Shown here: positions 10,116-20,454 of the stretch, one piece after another | How positions within the stretch are numbered: position 1 is the first letter of the stretch | Layout of the letters: the number at the start of each line of letters is the position of its first letter | IMG/VR virus record: IMGVR_UViG_3300029448_000019 | Span: 4,155-68,154 of that record | Source of the DNA: a virus | Reading direction: 5' to 3' (one strand) | Length of the DNA stretch: 64,000 bases | The notes under the pieces: generated by a model | What the model saw: the letters and a program-made list of their open reading frames with translations, nothing else | Databases searched by the model: none | What the model was told of the DNA's origin: nothing | Position numbers and translations under genes: made by a program

Positions 10116-10883
10116 ATGGAAACAAAAACTAAAATGCCAAAAATTGAAAAAAATTGGCAAATAAAAGACAGAACATATATTCTAGCAAGTGGAAGATCTC
10201 CTCTTAGCTGGACTATACAATCTAAACACACTCAAAGAAAACCTTTATTATGGTTTGATGAAGAATCAGGCGAGCAAAGAGAACTAAGATATGCAAGTAA
10301 TCAAAAATCATTATTTGTAGATGAACAAAAAGGCAATGCAACTCTTGCACATATAGTTTTTTTAGATGGTGTTTTAGAAGTGCCTAGACAACAACAATCT
10401 TTACAAAAACTTTTATCATTATATCATCCAAAAGCTGGAGAGTTATGGGAAGAAGTTGATGAAGAAGTAATTGCAAAAGACGAAGTTGATAATATAGAAT
10501 TTGAATTAGAAGCATTAAATCTAGTAAGAACATTAGATATAGAACACTTAGAAGCAATAATGAGAACAGAATTGGGATCTACTGTAGCTACATTGTCTTC
10601 TAAAGAATTAAAAAGAGATGCTTATAATTTTGCAAAAAGTGATCCTCAACTTTTTATTGAATTATCAAAAGATGAAGATATAAAATTAAGAAATTTAGCA
10701 AATAGAGCGGTTGAAGTTGGTATATTACAATTAACCGATGACAACACAGTATTTAAATTTGCTAACGGTAAAAAAGTAATGACAATTCCTTTTGACCAAC
10801 ATCCATATGCTGCTTTAGCACAGTATTTTAAAACAGATGAAGGTGTTGATTTAATGAAATCTATTACAAAAAAATTATCGTAA
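10116..10883 (+). CDS. conserved virion-module protein
   Basis: 255 aa ORF between MCP and tail ring genes. Confidence 0.55.
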   Translation: METKTKMPKIEKNWQIKDRTYILASGRSPLSWTIQSKHTQRKPLLWFDEESGEQRELRYASNQKSLFVDEQKGNATLAHIVFLDGVLEVPRQQQSLQKLLSLYHPKAGELWEEVDEEVIAKDEVDNIEFELEALNLVRTLDIEHLEAIMRTELGSTVATLSSKELKRDAYNFAKSDPQLFIELSKDEDIKLRNLANRAVEVGILQLTDDNTVFKFANGKKVMTIPFDQHPYAALAQYFKTDEGVDLMKSITKKLS

Positions 10884-10889
10884 TATAAA

Positions 10890-10920
10890 TGATATAGGGC
10901 AAGAAATTAGCCCTATATCA
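10890..10920 (+). terminator. intergenic hairpin (terminator or RNA processing site)
   Basis: Perfect 11-bp stem TGATATAGGGC/GCCCTATATCA, 9-nt loop, no clear U-tract. Confidence 0.5.
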
Positions 10921-10940
10921 ACTAATTTAAAATTAAAATA

Positions 10941-11714
10941 ATGGCTATAAATATAAATGACGTTTATCAGACCGTTTTAGTTATAACTAATAAAGACAAT
11001 AGAGGCTATATAACTCCTGAAGAGTTTAATAGATTAGCCGATCAAGCTCAAAATGAAATATTTGAAAGCTATTTTGCTAGAGAGTCTGGATATGAGCTTA
11101 ATGCAAATTTACAAAGTGATTTTGCCGATCCAGTATTAAATACATCAGAAAAAATAAATGTATTTTATGCTAATGTTAGTTTAACTAAATCAGGTAATAT
11201 ATTTCAATTTCCTACAAACTTTTATAGATTAGGGGTTGTAAATGTAAGCAACACAGTAGACTCTGTAACAAAGATAAGCACAGCGGATTATGTTTCTCAT
11301 GAAGAAGCTCGCTATATAAATTTATCTCCATTAACTTCTCCAGTTTCAACTCAACCAGTCTTTACTTTAGTAGGAGAAACCGGTATTAGATTATATCCAA
11401 ATACCATTACTTCAGATGTTGATATTGATTATATAAAAACACCTGAAAAACCAAAATGGGGTTATTTAATGCCAACAGCTTCACAAATAGCAGCAGGTGT
11501 TCCAAATGAACCTATATATGATACTACTGTTTTTGACCCAGCTACAGATGATTATAATGCAACTGCAAAATCGTATAATTTTAGGTTGCATCCTTCTGAA
11601 AAGCATGCATTGGTAGCAAAAATACTTTCTTATGCAGGTGTTGTTATAAAACAACCTGATGTATCTGGTTTTGGACAAGGAAAAGATCAACAACTTCAAG
11701 CAACTGAACAATAA
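10941..11714 (+). CDS. tail ring / head-tail adaptor protein
   Basis: GYITPEEFN..A..AQ N-terminus and IDYIKTP motif of tail tubular A-like proteins; position. Confidence 0.65.
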   Translation: MAININDVYQTVLVITNKDNRGYITPEEFNRLADQAQNEIFESYFARESGYELNANLQSDFADPVLNTSEKINVFYANVSLTKSGNIFQFPTNFYRLGVVNVSNTVDSVTKISTADYVSHEEARYINLSPLTSPVSTQPVFTLVGETGIRLYPNTITSDVDIDYIKTPEKPKWGYLMPTASQIAAGVPNEPIYDTTVFDPATDDYNATAKSYNFRLHPSEKHALVAKILSYAGVVIKQPDVSGFGQGKDQQLQATEQ

Positions 11715-12637
11715 TGGCAATATCAAGAAGACCTTTAGACGTAGATAATTATTCCGCTTTAGACGGAGGCACGGGATTAGCAATACCAGGATATTATAGT
11801 AGAGTTAATCTTAATGATATAATAAACAATTTTATTATTGCTTATATAGGTGATGGTAAAATATTATCAAAAGTGCCTAGATATGAAGTGGCCTTTTGGG
11901 CACAAAGATCTGTACAAGAATTTAGTTATGATATTTTACATGCTGAAAAAACTATTGAAGTAGAACTTAATAGTACGTTACAAATGTCATTGCCTTCTGA
12001 TTATGTTAATTATGTAAATATATCTTTTTTAGATAGCTTTGGAAATTTAAAAACAATACAACCAAGTAGAGCTACTAAAGCTACAAAAGCTGTTACACAA
12101 GATGAAGATTATAAATATTTATATGATAATGATGGCCGTGTAATTTTTAAAGAAACATCTGATACATTAGAACGTTTTCAAAGTACCGATAGAGTGTTAA
12201 CCGCAGAAGAAGCTGCTGATTATTATAATGGGTATTATGATAACGACGATTACAGCTACTTTGGAAGAAGATATGGTAGTGAGCCAGAAAGACAAAATTT
12301 TAATGGCAGCTATGTACTTGATTTAGAAGCTGGTAAAATATTTTTTGATTCTTCATTTAAGCAAGGAAGTATAATAATACTAAGATATATATCAGATGGT
12401 ATTGGAGATAATAATGACTTTGATAACGTACTTATACCTAAATTAGCTGAAGATGCAGTTTATGCAAATATATTATATAATTTAGCTAAGCTTAGAAGTG
12501 CAAGTGCGGGCGCTTCAGCTTTATTTAAAAAAGAAGCAGGAGCTAAAATGCGTAATGCAAAAATACGTCTTTCTAATATGAAAACTGAAGAAATGGCGCA
12601 AGTATTAAGAGGTAAATCTAAGTGGATTAAACATTAA
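11714..12637 (+). CDS. second tail ring protein
   Basis: LPSDYVNYV and ILRYISDG motifs; lies between adaptor and nozzle. Confidence 0.6.
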   Translation: MAISRRPLDVDNYSALDGGTGLAIPGYYSRVNLNDIINNFIIAYIGDGKILSKVPRYEVAFWAQRSVQEFSYDILHAEKTIEVELNSTLQMSLPSDYVNYVNISFLDSFGNLKTIQPSRATKATKAVTQDEDYKYLYDNDGRVIFKETSDTLERFQSTDRVLTAEEAADYYNGYYDNDDYSYFGRRYGSEPERQNFNGSYVLDLEAGKIFFDSSFKQGSIIILRYISDGIGDNNDFDNVLIPKLAEDAVYANILYNLAKLRSASAGASALFKKEAGAKMRNAKIRLSNMKTEEMAQVLRGKSKWIKH

Positions 12638-12640
12638 AAT

Positions 12641-15600
12641 ATGCCAGAAATTAAAAGGCTATTCAATGCAAGCCGAATGAATCGAGACGTTGACGATAGA
12701 CTTGTTCAACCTGGAGAATACCGTGAGGCTTTAAATATAAACGTAAGCAAATCAGAGGGCTCTGATATGGGTGCTGTTGAAAATCTTTTAGGTAATAAAG
12801 AAATAGTATCTACATCTATAAGTGGGGCTAAAGTTATTGGTAGTTTAAGAGATAACGGTAACGAAAAAATATATTATTTTATTACTAATAATGATAGTTA
12901 TGATCATTCAAACAGCTCTAATAAAAATCATCAAATTATAGAATATGATCAAAAAGCTAATAAATCTATAGTTTTAGTAAATGAAAATACATTAAATTTT
13001 CATACAGAATTTCCTATTACAGGTGTTAATCTTGTTGATACATTATTATTTTTTACAGACGATAGAAATCCTCCAAGAAAAATAAATGTAGATACTGCAA
13101 GAAATGAAGAAGGCCATTATAATATTAGTGCAGGTGTTGATAATCTTATGTCTGTAGCTAAATTTTCTCCATATGAAGCTGCTGAAATATTAGCATTATC
13201 AAATACAGATGAAACTGGTGCGGTAATTACATCTAATTTTTTAGAAAATAAACTTGTAAGATTTTCATATCGTTATCAATTTGAAGATGGAGAATATAGT
13301 GTATTAGCACCTTTTACACCTATATGCTTTTCAAGATTAGGGAATACTGATACAATTAATACAAGTTCAATATCAGATTTTGGAGAAATTGAAACATTTG
13401 TAAATGCAGTTAAATCTGTGCAGTTAGCAGTATCAACACCAACAGGTTATGGTATTACTGGTGTAGAATTAATATATAAGGAAACAGGTTCATCAACTTT
13501 ATATGTTGTTGAAGAAAAAACAATTACTACGGAGGCATCTGTAAACTTTTTTTATAAATCACAAGATCCTTTTAAAACATTACCTGGTGACCAATTAACA
13601 AGGGTTTCTGATGCAGTACCTAAAAAAGCTAAATCACAAGAGTTAGCCGGAGGGAGACTTGTATATGGTAATTTTTTACAAAACTTTGATATACCAGATA
13701 TATCATTTAGTGTTACAAGAACAGGAGAAACTTCTGCTAGATATGCTACATTAGATACATCTATGTCTGTTAAGTCTAGAAGAACATATCAAGTTGGTAT
13801 TGTATTAGCTGATAAATTTGGAAGACAATCACCCGTAATATTATCATCAACAGGTAATGATACAGTATTTGTAGATGCCGCAACTGGCGAATCTAATAGT
13901 ACTAGTGTATTTAATGCTTTAAGAATATCTTTTTCTGCCGCGGCTGTAGCTTCTTTAAAAGCACTTGATTGGGCTTATTCATACAAAATAGTTGTAAAGC
14001 AAAGGGAACAAGAATATTATAATTGGATTTCTGCTCTTACTGGAGGTAATGTAATTGCAAGGCTTGGAGATAGCATAAACAAAATACCAAGAGATCAAAC
14101 AGCTGTAATACCTCCTAGTACAAGTGCTTCAATATCTCCTTGTAATGTTTCTGTTTATCCTAAAGTATTAAATGGGGTTAATCAAACAACTTCTAGTTTA
14201 ACAAAAATACAATCAATTAATAACCCTGCAGGTACAGCTAATGTACCTACTGTTACAGACTCAGGATCTGCTATAACATCTGGTGTTTCAGTATATGAAA
14301 CAGAGCCAGTAGAATCAGATTTGGATATTTTCTTTGAAACATCTACAGGTGGTTTAATATCAGTTTTAAATAACGCAGGGGCAACTATTGATATTAGATT
14401 TTTTAATTGTTATTTATTAAACTTTACATCGGGTACACATATAGAAATTAATAGGTTAAGAGCTGGTTTTAATGAAAAAGCTTTTGATGTAGGTGTTAGA
14501 GCTTATATTGTAAAAGAAAATTTTGCCGAAGAAAGAAGGTTTAATACTCTCATACATTCAAGTGGTTTATTTAATTCAAGAACTAATGTTAATTATATAA
14601 ACCAATTTAATGAGGCAGAAGGTGGATTAACTATATCATTAGATCCTCAAGATGGCTCTGTTCAAAAACTTTATGCTGATGATACTCAAATAGTTGTTTT
14701 CCAAGAAGATAAATTGTCTAGATCACCTATAAATAAAGATTTTATATATTCTGCTGAAGGTGGTGCGGTCCCTGTAACTAGTAATACACAATTTTTAGGA
14801 ACTATAGCACCTTATGCTGGAGATTTTGGAATATCAAAAAATCCTGAATCTTTTGCGACATATGGATATGCAAGATATTTTACTGATAAAAATAGAGGTT
14901 CAGTATTAAGATTATCACAAAATGGAATTGTAGATATATCAAACTCCGGGATGAGTGATTTTTTCAGAGATGCATTATCTCACGCTACACAAGTTATAGG
15001 TTCTTATGATGAATATCATGGGTTATATAATTTAACTATTATAGGAGATTGCTACGACAGTGAAACAGATACTAACATAGCTACTGCATCAGATGGATAT
15101 TTTACTGTTTCATTTGACGAAAATGCTAAAGGTTGGACAAGTTTTAAATCTTTTAAACAAGAAAGTGGCTTAACATTAAATAATAAATATTATACATTTA
15201 ATTCAGGTAAATTATATGAGCATAACTCAGAAGATGTAAATAGAAATAGTTTTTATGGTGCTGCTTCTGCTGATTCTTATATAGAACCTATATTAAATGA
15301 TGGGCCTTCACTTGTTAAAACATTTAATAATATAAGTTATGAAGGAACATCTGGTTGGGAATTAGATTTTTTAAGAACTGATTTATCAGATATTGGTGTA
15401 GTACCTACTAATGCAAATTGTTTTGATATTTCATTACAAATTTTAAGAGCTAATACAACTGTAGGCGCAAATACTTTAATAACAGGAGAAAGAGTAGCGA
15501 GAGCTAAACAAGGAGAAACAATTACATGGGCCGTATTTGTAGAACCAAAAAATGCTGATTTTAAATTTAATGCAGCGTCAGATGTTACTTTAACATATTC

Positions 15601-17074
15601 AGGTTCTCAAACTGTTAACATAACAAACCCAACTGCTATTGTTGATGGTAAGCTGGTATTTAATATAAGCTATACTGTTGGCACATCAAATCAAACTATT
15701 GAATTAGCTGTTGGTGGTACAGGTGCTTCATTAGCATTTACTGTAGCACTTCTTAGTATAAGTGTAGGTGATTCTGTTTCAGATGCAGCGGTAAGCCCAA
15801 CTCTTGTTGAATTAGCAGCGGGTGCAACATCACAAGATATAATAGTTGCTCCTGTGAATACACATTTTATAAATCCTTATAATATTGCTGTAGGAACAAG
15901 TTCATTAAATTCTTTAAATACAGGAGCTATAACAGGAACAGAAACAATACCTGTTAAAGTTGTTGCTTATAGTGCTGGCAATAAATATACATTAGACGGT
16001 ATAAGACAAGATAATATTGCGCTTACTATAGGTAAAACTTATATATTTGATCAAAGTGATAGTAGTAATAGCGGACATCCTTTGAGATTTAGTACTACAC
16101 CAAATGGTACTCATGGGGGTGGAACAGAATATACAACAGGTGTTACAACAACAAGTAATCAAACACAAATAGTTGTTAGTGGTACAACACCCAGTCCATT
16201 GTATTATTATTGTAGTAGCCATAGTGGTATGGGAGGTAATATTATTACAACATCTTTACCTTATACAAGACAGACAAATCAGATAACTTATAATGTACCG
16301 GTTACAATGCCTTCTGCTGCTACTAATGAAAACATGACATTTTCAGGAAGTGGTACTACATTATATACTTTAACTTGGGCAACTCCTTCTGTAGGTACAT
16401 TAACAGTACCCTCAGGAAATTCAGTTGGTAGTGCTTATACAATAAGCCCTTATGTTGCTGAAAGCCAGCGTACTGCAACACTTAGAAAAGATGTTACAGG
16501 CACAACAAAAGTAATGTTACCTAGTTCTTATGCGGTTGCTTATAATACAGAAGATACTGCTATAACGGAAATAACAACTTTTACAAGCGCATATACACAA
16601 GATTATTATCAAGCATCAATTGTATTACCTAAAATATATGAAAACACGACTGCTACTGCTACTATAACAGGCTCAGGTGAAGTAACAGCAGCTATGGGAA
16701 CTATTTCACCAACAACTTATTCATTTACTAATGGTATATCATCCCCTAATGCAAATGTAGTTATAGGAGATGTATCTAGCGAAAAGGCTAATATTGTTAT
16801 AAAGGTAATACCAACAGATACTGGAGATGGTGCAGATTGGTTATATTTAGCAGCAGCTACAACACAAGGAACAGCAGTTGATCCTACATCTAGTGCTGTT
16901 TTATTAGTTGATCCAGATGATATTACTATATACGGCGGTAACTATCCTTTTACAATTAATGTAGCAAATAATACTTCGGGTAGTTTAAGATCTGCTGCTG
17001 TTGTAATTGAAAAATACAATACAAGAGTTACAGGTGTAAGTTCGCAAACATTAACTATAAATCAAAGTGCATAA
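12641..17074 (+). CDS. tail nozzle/stabilisation protein with long C-terminal decoration
   Basis: MNRDVDDRLV..GEYREALN N-terminus; GISKNPESFA..YFTDKNRGSVLRL beta-propeller motifs; S/T-rich beta extension after about 15390. Confidence 0.75.
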   Translation: MPEIKRLFNASRMNRDVDDRLVQPGEYREALNINVSKSEGSDMGAVENLLGNKEIVSTSISGAKVIGSLRDNGNEKIYYFITNNDSYDHSNSSNKNHQIIEYDQKANKSIVLVNENTLNFHTEFPITGVNLVDTLLFFTDDRNPPRKINVDTARNEEGHYNISAGVDNLMSVAKFSPYEAAEILALSNTDETGAVITSNFLENKLVRFSYRYQFEDGEYSVLAPFTPICFSRLGNTDTINTSSISDFGEIETFVNAVKSVQLAVSTPTGYGITGVELIYKETGSSTLYVVEEKTITTEASVNFFYKSQDPFKTLPGDQLTRVSDAVPKKAKSQELAGGRLVYGNFLQNFDIPDISFSVTRTGETSARYATLDTSMSVKSRRTYQVGIVLADKFGRQSPVILSSTGNDTVFVDAATGESNSTSVFNALRISFSAAAVASLKALDWAYSYKIVVKQREQEYYNWISALTGGNVIARLGDSINKIPRDQTAVIPPSTSASISPCNVSVYPKVLNGVNQTTSSLTKIQSINNPAGTANVPTVTDSGSAITSGVSVYETEPVESDLDIFFETSTGGLISVLNNAGATIDIRFFNCYLLNFTSGTHIEINRLRAGFNEKAFDVGVRAYIVKENFAEERRFNTLIHSSGLFNSRTNVNYINQFNEAEGGLTISLDPQDGSVQKLYADDTQIVVFQEDKLSRSPINKDFIYSAEGGAVPVTSNTQFLGTIAPYAGDFGISKNPESFATYGYARYFTDKNRGSVLRLSQNGIVDISNSGMSDFFRDALSHATQVIGSYDEYHGLYNLTIIGDCYDSETDTNIATASDGYFTVSFDENAKGWTSFKSFKQESGLTLNNKYYTFNSGKLYEHNSEDVNRNSFYGAASADSYIEPILNDGPSLVKTFNNISYEGTSGWELDFLRTDLSDIGVVPTNANCFDISLQILRANTTVGANTLITGERVARAKQGETITWAVFVEPKNADFKFNAASDVTLTYSGSQTVNITNPTAIVDGKLVFNISYTVGTSNQTIELAVGGTGASLAFTVALLSISVGDSVSDAAVSPTLVELAAGATSQDIIVAPVNTHFINPYNIAVGTSSLNSLNTGAITGTETIPVKVVAYSAGNKYTLDGIRQDNIALTIGKTYIFDQSDSSNSGHPLRFSTTPNGTHGGGTEYTTGVTTTSNQTQIVVSGTTPSPLYYYCSSHSGMGGNIITTSLPYTRQTNQITYNVPVTMPSAATNENMTFSGSGTTLYTLTWATPSVGTLTVPSGNSVGSAYTISPYVAESQRTATLRKDVTGTTKVMLPSSYAVAYNTEDTAITEITTFTSAYTQDYYQASIVLPKIYENTTATATITGSGEVTAAMGTISPTTYSFTNGISSPNANVVIGDVSSEKANIVIKVIPTDTGDGADWLYLAAATTQGTAVDPTSSAVLLVDPDDITIYGGNYPFTINVANNTSGSLRSAAVVIEKYNTRVTGVSSQTLTINQSA

Positions 17075-17313
17075 TGAGTACAATAATAACATTTCCGTTT
17101 CAAGAAAAAGAAGGCAAATATTTTGCACCAATAGTATCACAACAAAATACATATAAAGTAACTGGTGGTGCTGTTGTTGCCGATGCTAATAAACTTGTTT
17201 CTGGTGTTAAAGGCGTTTTTATGAAAGTAAGAATTAAACTTACTGGAGTAAATGCACAAACAAAAAAAGAACTGTTTGCTGTTAATTCAGAAGCAGTTAA
17301 TTCATCAAATTAA
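17074..17313 (+). CDS. probable separated C-terminal piece of the nozzle protein
   Basis: FQEKEGKYF...SGVKG...ELFAVNSE..NSS; TAATG-coupled to the nozzle gene. Confidence 0.5.
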   Translation: MSTIITFPFQEKEGKYFAPIVSQQNTYKVTGGAVVADANKLVSGVKGVFMKVRIKLTGVNAQTKKELFAVNSEAVNSSN

Positions 17314-17318
17314 ATTAT

Positions 17319-17756
17319 ATGAAATTACAAGTACGAAAATTACAAGAATCCGATTGGGATTTTTTGCCATCATGGTGGAAAGCTTATAAACAAGAAGCTA
17401 TACCGCGTGATTTTCTTCCAGGTGCTTTTCAAATAGGCAATGAAGAAAAAAAAAGAGAAGGTTTAGGTGGCTTTATGGTGTGCAAAGGGGATGACCCTAT
17501 TGCAGCTATGTGGCTATGGATGACAAATAGTAAGACTGCAATTCCAGCTGTAGTGGTTAGCGATAAAACGTATAAAGACACAGACAGAAGTGATGCATTG
17601 CAACTCTTAGTAGACTTTACAACAGATTTTGCTGAAGAATTAGGATATAAATATTCTTTTGCATGGGCAAAACCTGGTGTATTATTAGATAAATATAAAA
17701 AGGCCGAGTATTATGTAGATGAAACTCCGTCTTATGAATTAATAATGAGATACTAA
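17319..17756 (+). CDS. GNAT-fold protein (position of T7 gp13-like assembly factor)
   Basis: VRKLQESDW start, GFMV...PIAAMWL, AEELGYKY pattern; lies between nozzle and ejection genes. Confidence 0.55.
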   Translation: MKLQVRKLQESDWDFLPSWWKAYKQEAIPRDFLPGAFQIGNEEKKREGLGGFMVCKGDDPIAAMWLWMTNSKTAIPAVVVSDKTYKDTDRSDALQLLVDFTTDFAEELGYKYSFAWAKPGVLLDKYKKAEYYVDETPSYELIMRY

Positions 17757-18850
17757 TGGGAAGTATAGTAAAAGGTGTTAGCTCTTTATTTGGGGGCAGA
17801 AAAAGAAGACGAGAGCAAAGAAGAGCTGGTGCTGCTCTTAACACAGAGCAAAAAAAAATGGACCGGTTTAAATTTACTAATGTGTACGAAGGTATGCAAG
17901 GTCCTGAATATTCTGCATATGAAGCAGCACAAGCTGAAGCAGGACAACTAGGAGAAGCGGCACAAGCTGAACTTGCAGATCTAGGACAAGCACAAGGATA
18001 TGATGCACAAGGATATGATGCTGCTCAAACGAATGTTGCTGGCCTTATGAGAGGTGCTGATACAGGCCTTACAAATACAATGCGTAACTTGCAAGTGTCA
18101 ACTGCCGCTTCTGATATGGCTGCTTCTGATGCTGATCAAGCATTAGCTGCTTCACAAGACCTCGCTGCTCAAGCGGGCACAGGTGCCGGTGGGGCTACAG
18201 CTTTAGCTGCCGCCGCAGCAAAATCAAAATCTGGTATTAGAGCAGATATAGATAAACAAGTAAAACAAAATGAAATGCTAAGAGCACAAGGTGAATCTGA
18301 GCTACAAAGATCTCAACTTGCACAAGGTAATTTAGCATCACAATTTGATTTAGGACAACAACAATTTAATGTTGGTGCTCAAAATGAGGCTAGCCAATTT
18401 ACTGCAGATGCTCAAAATCAAGCTGCTAGATTTGGTGCGCAAGCTAATAATCAGTTTGCTTTAACAGAATTTGGTGCTGCTAATCAAATGAATCAATTTA
18501 ATGTTGGCACACAAAATCAGTTTGCCACAAGAAATATGGATGCTCAAAACCAATTTGCAATGTCTAATATGGGTGCTCAAAATCAAGCCTTAATGAATCA
18601 AGCTAATGTAAGTAATCAACAAGCGGATAGAGCTTTTGATATCGATAAGATGAACAGAGACTTTAAATTGCAACAACAAAATTTTGAATACCAAAAACTT
18701 CAAAATAAAACAGATAGGGCACTTGCTAGAAAACAAGCTGCTGACCAAGCAAGAGCACAGGCTAAATCAGATCTTATAGGAGGTATAGCAGGAATTGCCG
18801 ACGCAGCTACTGCTGCATTTGGGGGACCTGCTGCAATATTAGGAAAATAA
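17756..18850 (+). CDS. internal virion / ejection protein 1
   Basis: A/Q/G-rich with AQNQF-type repeats and G/A-rich hydrophobic segments; podovirus position. Confidence 0.6.
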   Translation: MGSIVKGVSSLFGGRKRRREQRRAGAALNTEQKKMDRFKFTNVYEGMQGPEYSAYEAAQAEAGQLGEAAQAELADLGQAQGYDAQGYDAAQTNVAGLMRGADTGLTNTMRNLQVSTAASDMAASDADQALAASQDLAAQAGTGAGGATALAAAAAKSKSGIRADIDKQVKQNEMLRAQGESELQRSQLAQGNLASQFDLGQQQFNVGAQNEASQFTADAQNQAARFGAQANNQFALTEFGAANQMNQFNVGTQNQFATRNMDAQNQFAMSNMGAQNQALMNQANVSNQQADRAFDIDKMNRDFKLQQQNFEYQKLQNKTDRALARKQAADQARAQAKSDLIGGIAGIADAATAAFGGPAAILGK

Positions 18851-18858
18851 AGAATAAT

Positions 18859-20448
18859 ATGGCACAAATAGATTATAGTAGATCAGGAACCGGAGAATAT
18901 GCAAAATATAAAGATGCATATAAATATGCTCCAGGCAGTGCTGCTGCCCAACAAATGGTTGGCAATAGTATTGATTCAGCTTTTGCAGAAGGTAGATTAA
19001 AAAGACAAGAAGCAAGAAAAAGAAAAGAGCTTGAACTTAAAGAAAATATTTACAATTATAGAATTGGTAAAGAAATGGCCAAAGATATGGATGATCTCCG
19101 TATCATGGGTGATACTTCTTCACAAGACTTTAATAATGTATTACAAAGTGGCAGCAGACAAATTGCTGACTATGCTGGATATTTAAGAAATGAATTAAAA
19201 AGAACTGGTGATTATAATGCTTATGCTGAAGGCATGGGTAAGTTAAAAGGCGAAGTAACGCAAATGGCTGGTTTAAAAAATAGTTTTAATGTAATTGCTG
19301 AAGCATATGAAAACGGTACGGCTAACAACACTTTATCCGCATATAACTCCGCAGATCTTTTAGCGAACATAGAACATATGGTCGGCGGTGGTGGAGGCGG
19401 TTCTTTTGGTAGAGTTGACGGCCAACAAGTATGGCAAGGTGTAAATGCTAATGGTAATCCTTATACTATAGCTACATCACAATTTGAAAATTTAGCTAAA
19501 AAATTACAGAAAAAAGATGATATTGATTCTATGTTAGACTCCGCTGTTAAAGTAAACAGAACGCCTGAAGGAAATATTTTATCTTTTAATCAACCGCCTG
19601 TAGGTTCTGATGGAACAAAAGGCAAATCTGCTCAAGATTTAGCTTTAATGGAATTAGAAACTTTACTAGCTAAAACTCCTGGTAATAAGGATAGAAAAGC
19701 TGCAGCTATTTTAGTAGATCATTTTGGTGATACAAGAGAGCTTGCAGATGCTAGATTTGATCCTGCTAATAATTCAGGTAATCCTGATGGCCCTGATGGT
19801 TATGAGTACCTACAAGCAAAGTGGCTTGAAAGAGCCGAGTCAAAGTATGGTGTAAACCAAAAAGCTGTCCAAGATTACTGGCATAAAGCTGAAGATCAAA
19901 AATACCAGCATAGAGAAGAAAAAGCTCAAGAGTTACAGCTTGCAAGACAGCAAGAAGAAACCAATAGAGTATTAAATGATAAAAGTACAGCTGCTATTTG
20001 GAATACTGAAATTAAACCCGAAGGTAAAGACATGAATGATTATTTAGGTTTAATTGATAGATTTAAAATGGACTTAAATAGAATTGGTTTAACAGGGCAA
20101 GAGCTTGTGTTTGATGATGATACTACAGGTATTTTACCAGATGATAGTGGAAAATTAAAACAAGTAATTATTGAAAAGGGTGAGCCTAGAGGTATAAGAA
20201 TACAAAATCCTATAAATCCTGCGGGTATGCCTGTATTTGTTCCGTTTAATGCTAATCCTCAAGAAATACAAGAAGCTATTAGACAAGCAAATGGCATGCG
20301 CGTAGGTAACTATGCTACTGGCAGAAGATACCAATCAGGTCCTAAAAAAGGACAAATGATACCTAGTAGATATACTTCAGAAACAGCAGGTTTTAGCGGT
20401 TTTGATACAGCAAGAACAGGCAGAAATAACCAATATAATTCTCAATAA
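18859..20448 (+). CDS. internal virion / ejection protein 2
   Basis: 529 aa helical protein between ejection protein 1 and the giant protein. Confidence 0.55.
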   Translation: MAQIDYSRSGTGEYAKYKDAYKYAPGSAAAQQMVGNSIDSAFAEGRLKRQEARKRKELELKENIYNYRIGKEMAKDMDDLRIMGDTSSQDFNNVLQSGSRQIADYAGYLRNELKRTGDYNAYAEGMGKLKGEVTQMAGLKNSFNVIAEAYENGTANNTLSAYNSADLLANIEHMVGGGGGGSFGRVDGQQVWQGVNANGNPYTIATSQFENLAKKLQKKDDIDSMLDSAVKVNRTPEGNILSFNQPPVGSDGTKGKSAQDLALMELETLLAKTPGNKDRKAAAILVDHFGDTRELADARFDPANNSGNPDGPDGYEYLQAKWLERAESKYGVNQKAVQDYWHKAEDQKYQHREEKAQELQLARQQEETNRVLNDKSTAAIWNTEIKPEGKDMNDYLGLIDRFKMDLNRIGLTGQELVFDDDTTGILPDDSGKLKQVIIEKGEPRGIRIQNPINPAGMPVFVPFNANPQEIQEAIRQANGMRVGNYATGRRYQSGPKKGQMIPSRYTSETAGFSGFDTARTGRNNQYNSQ

Positions 20449-20454
20449 ATTAAT

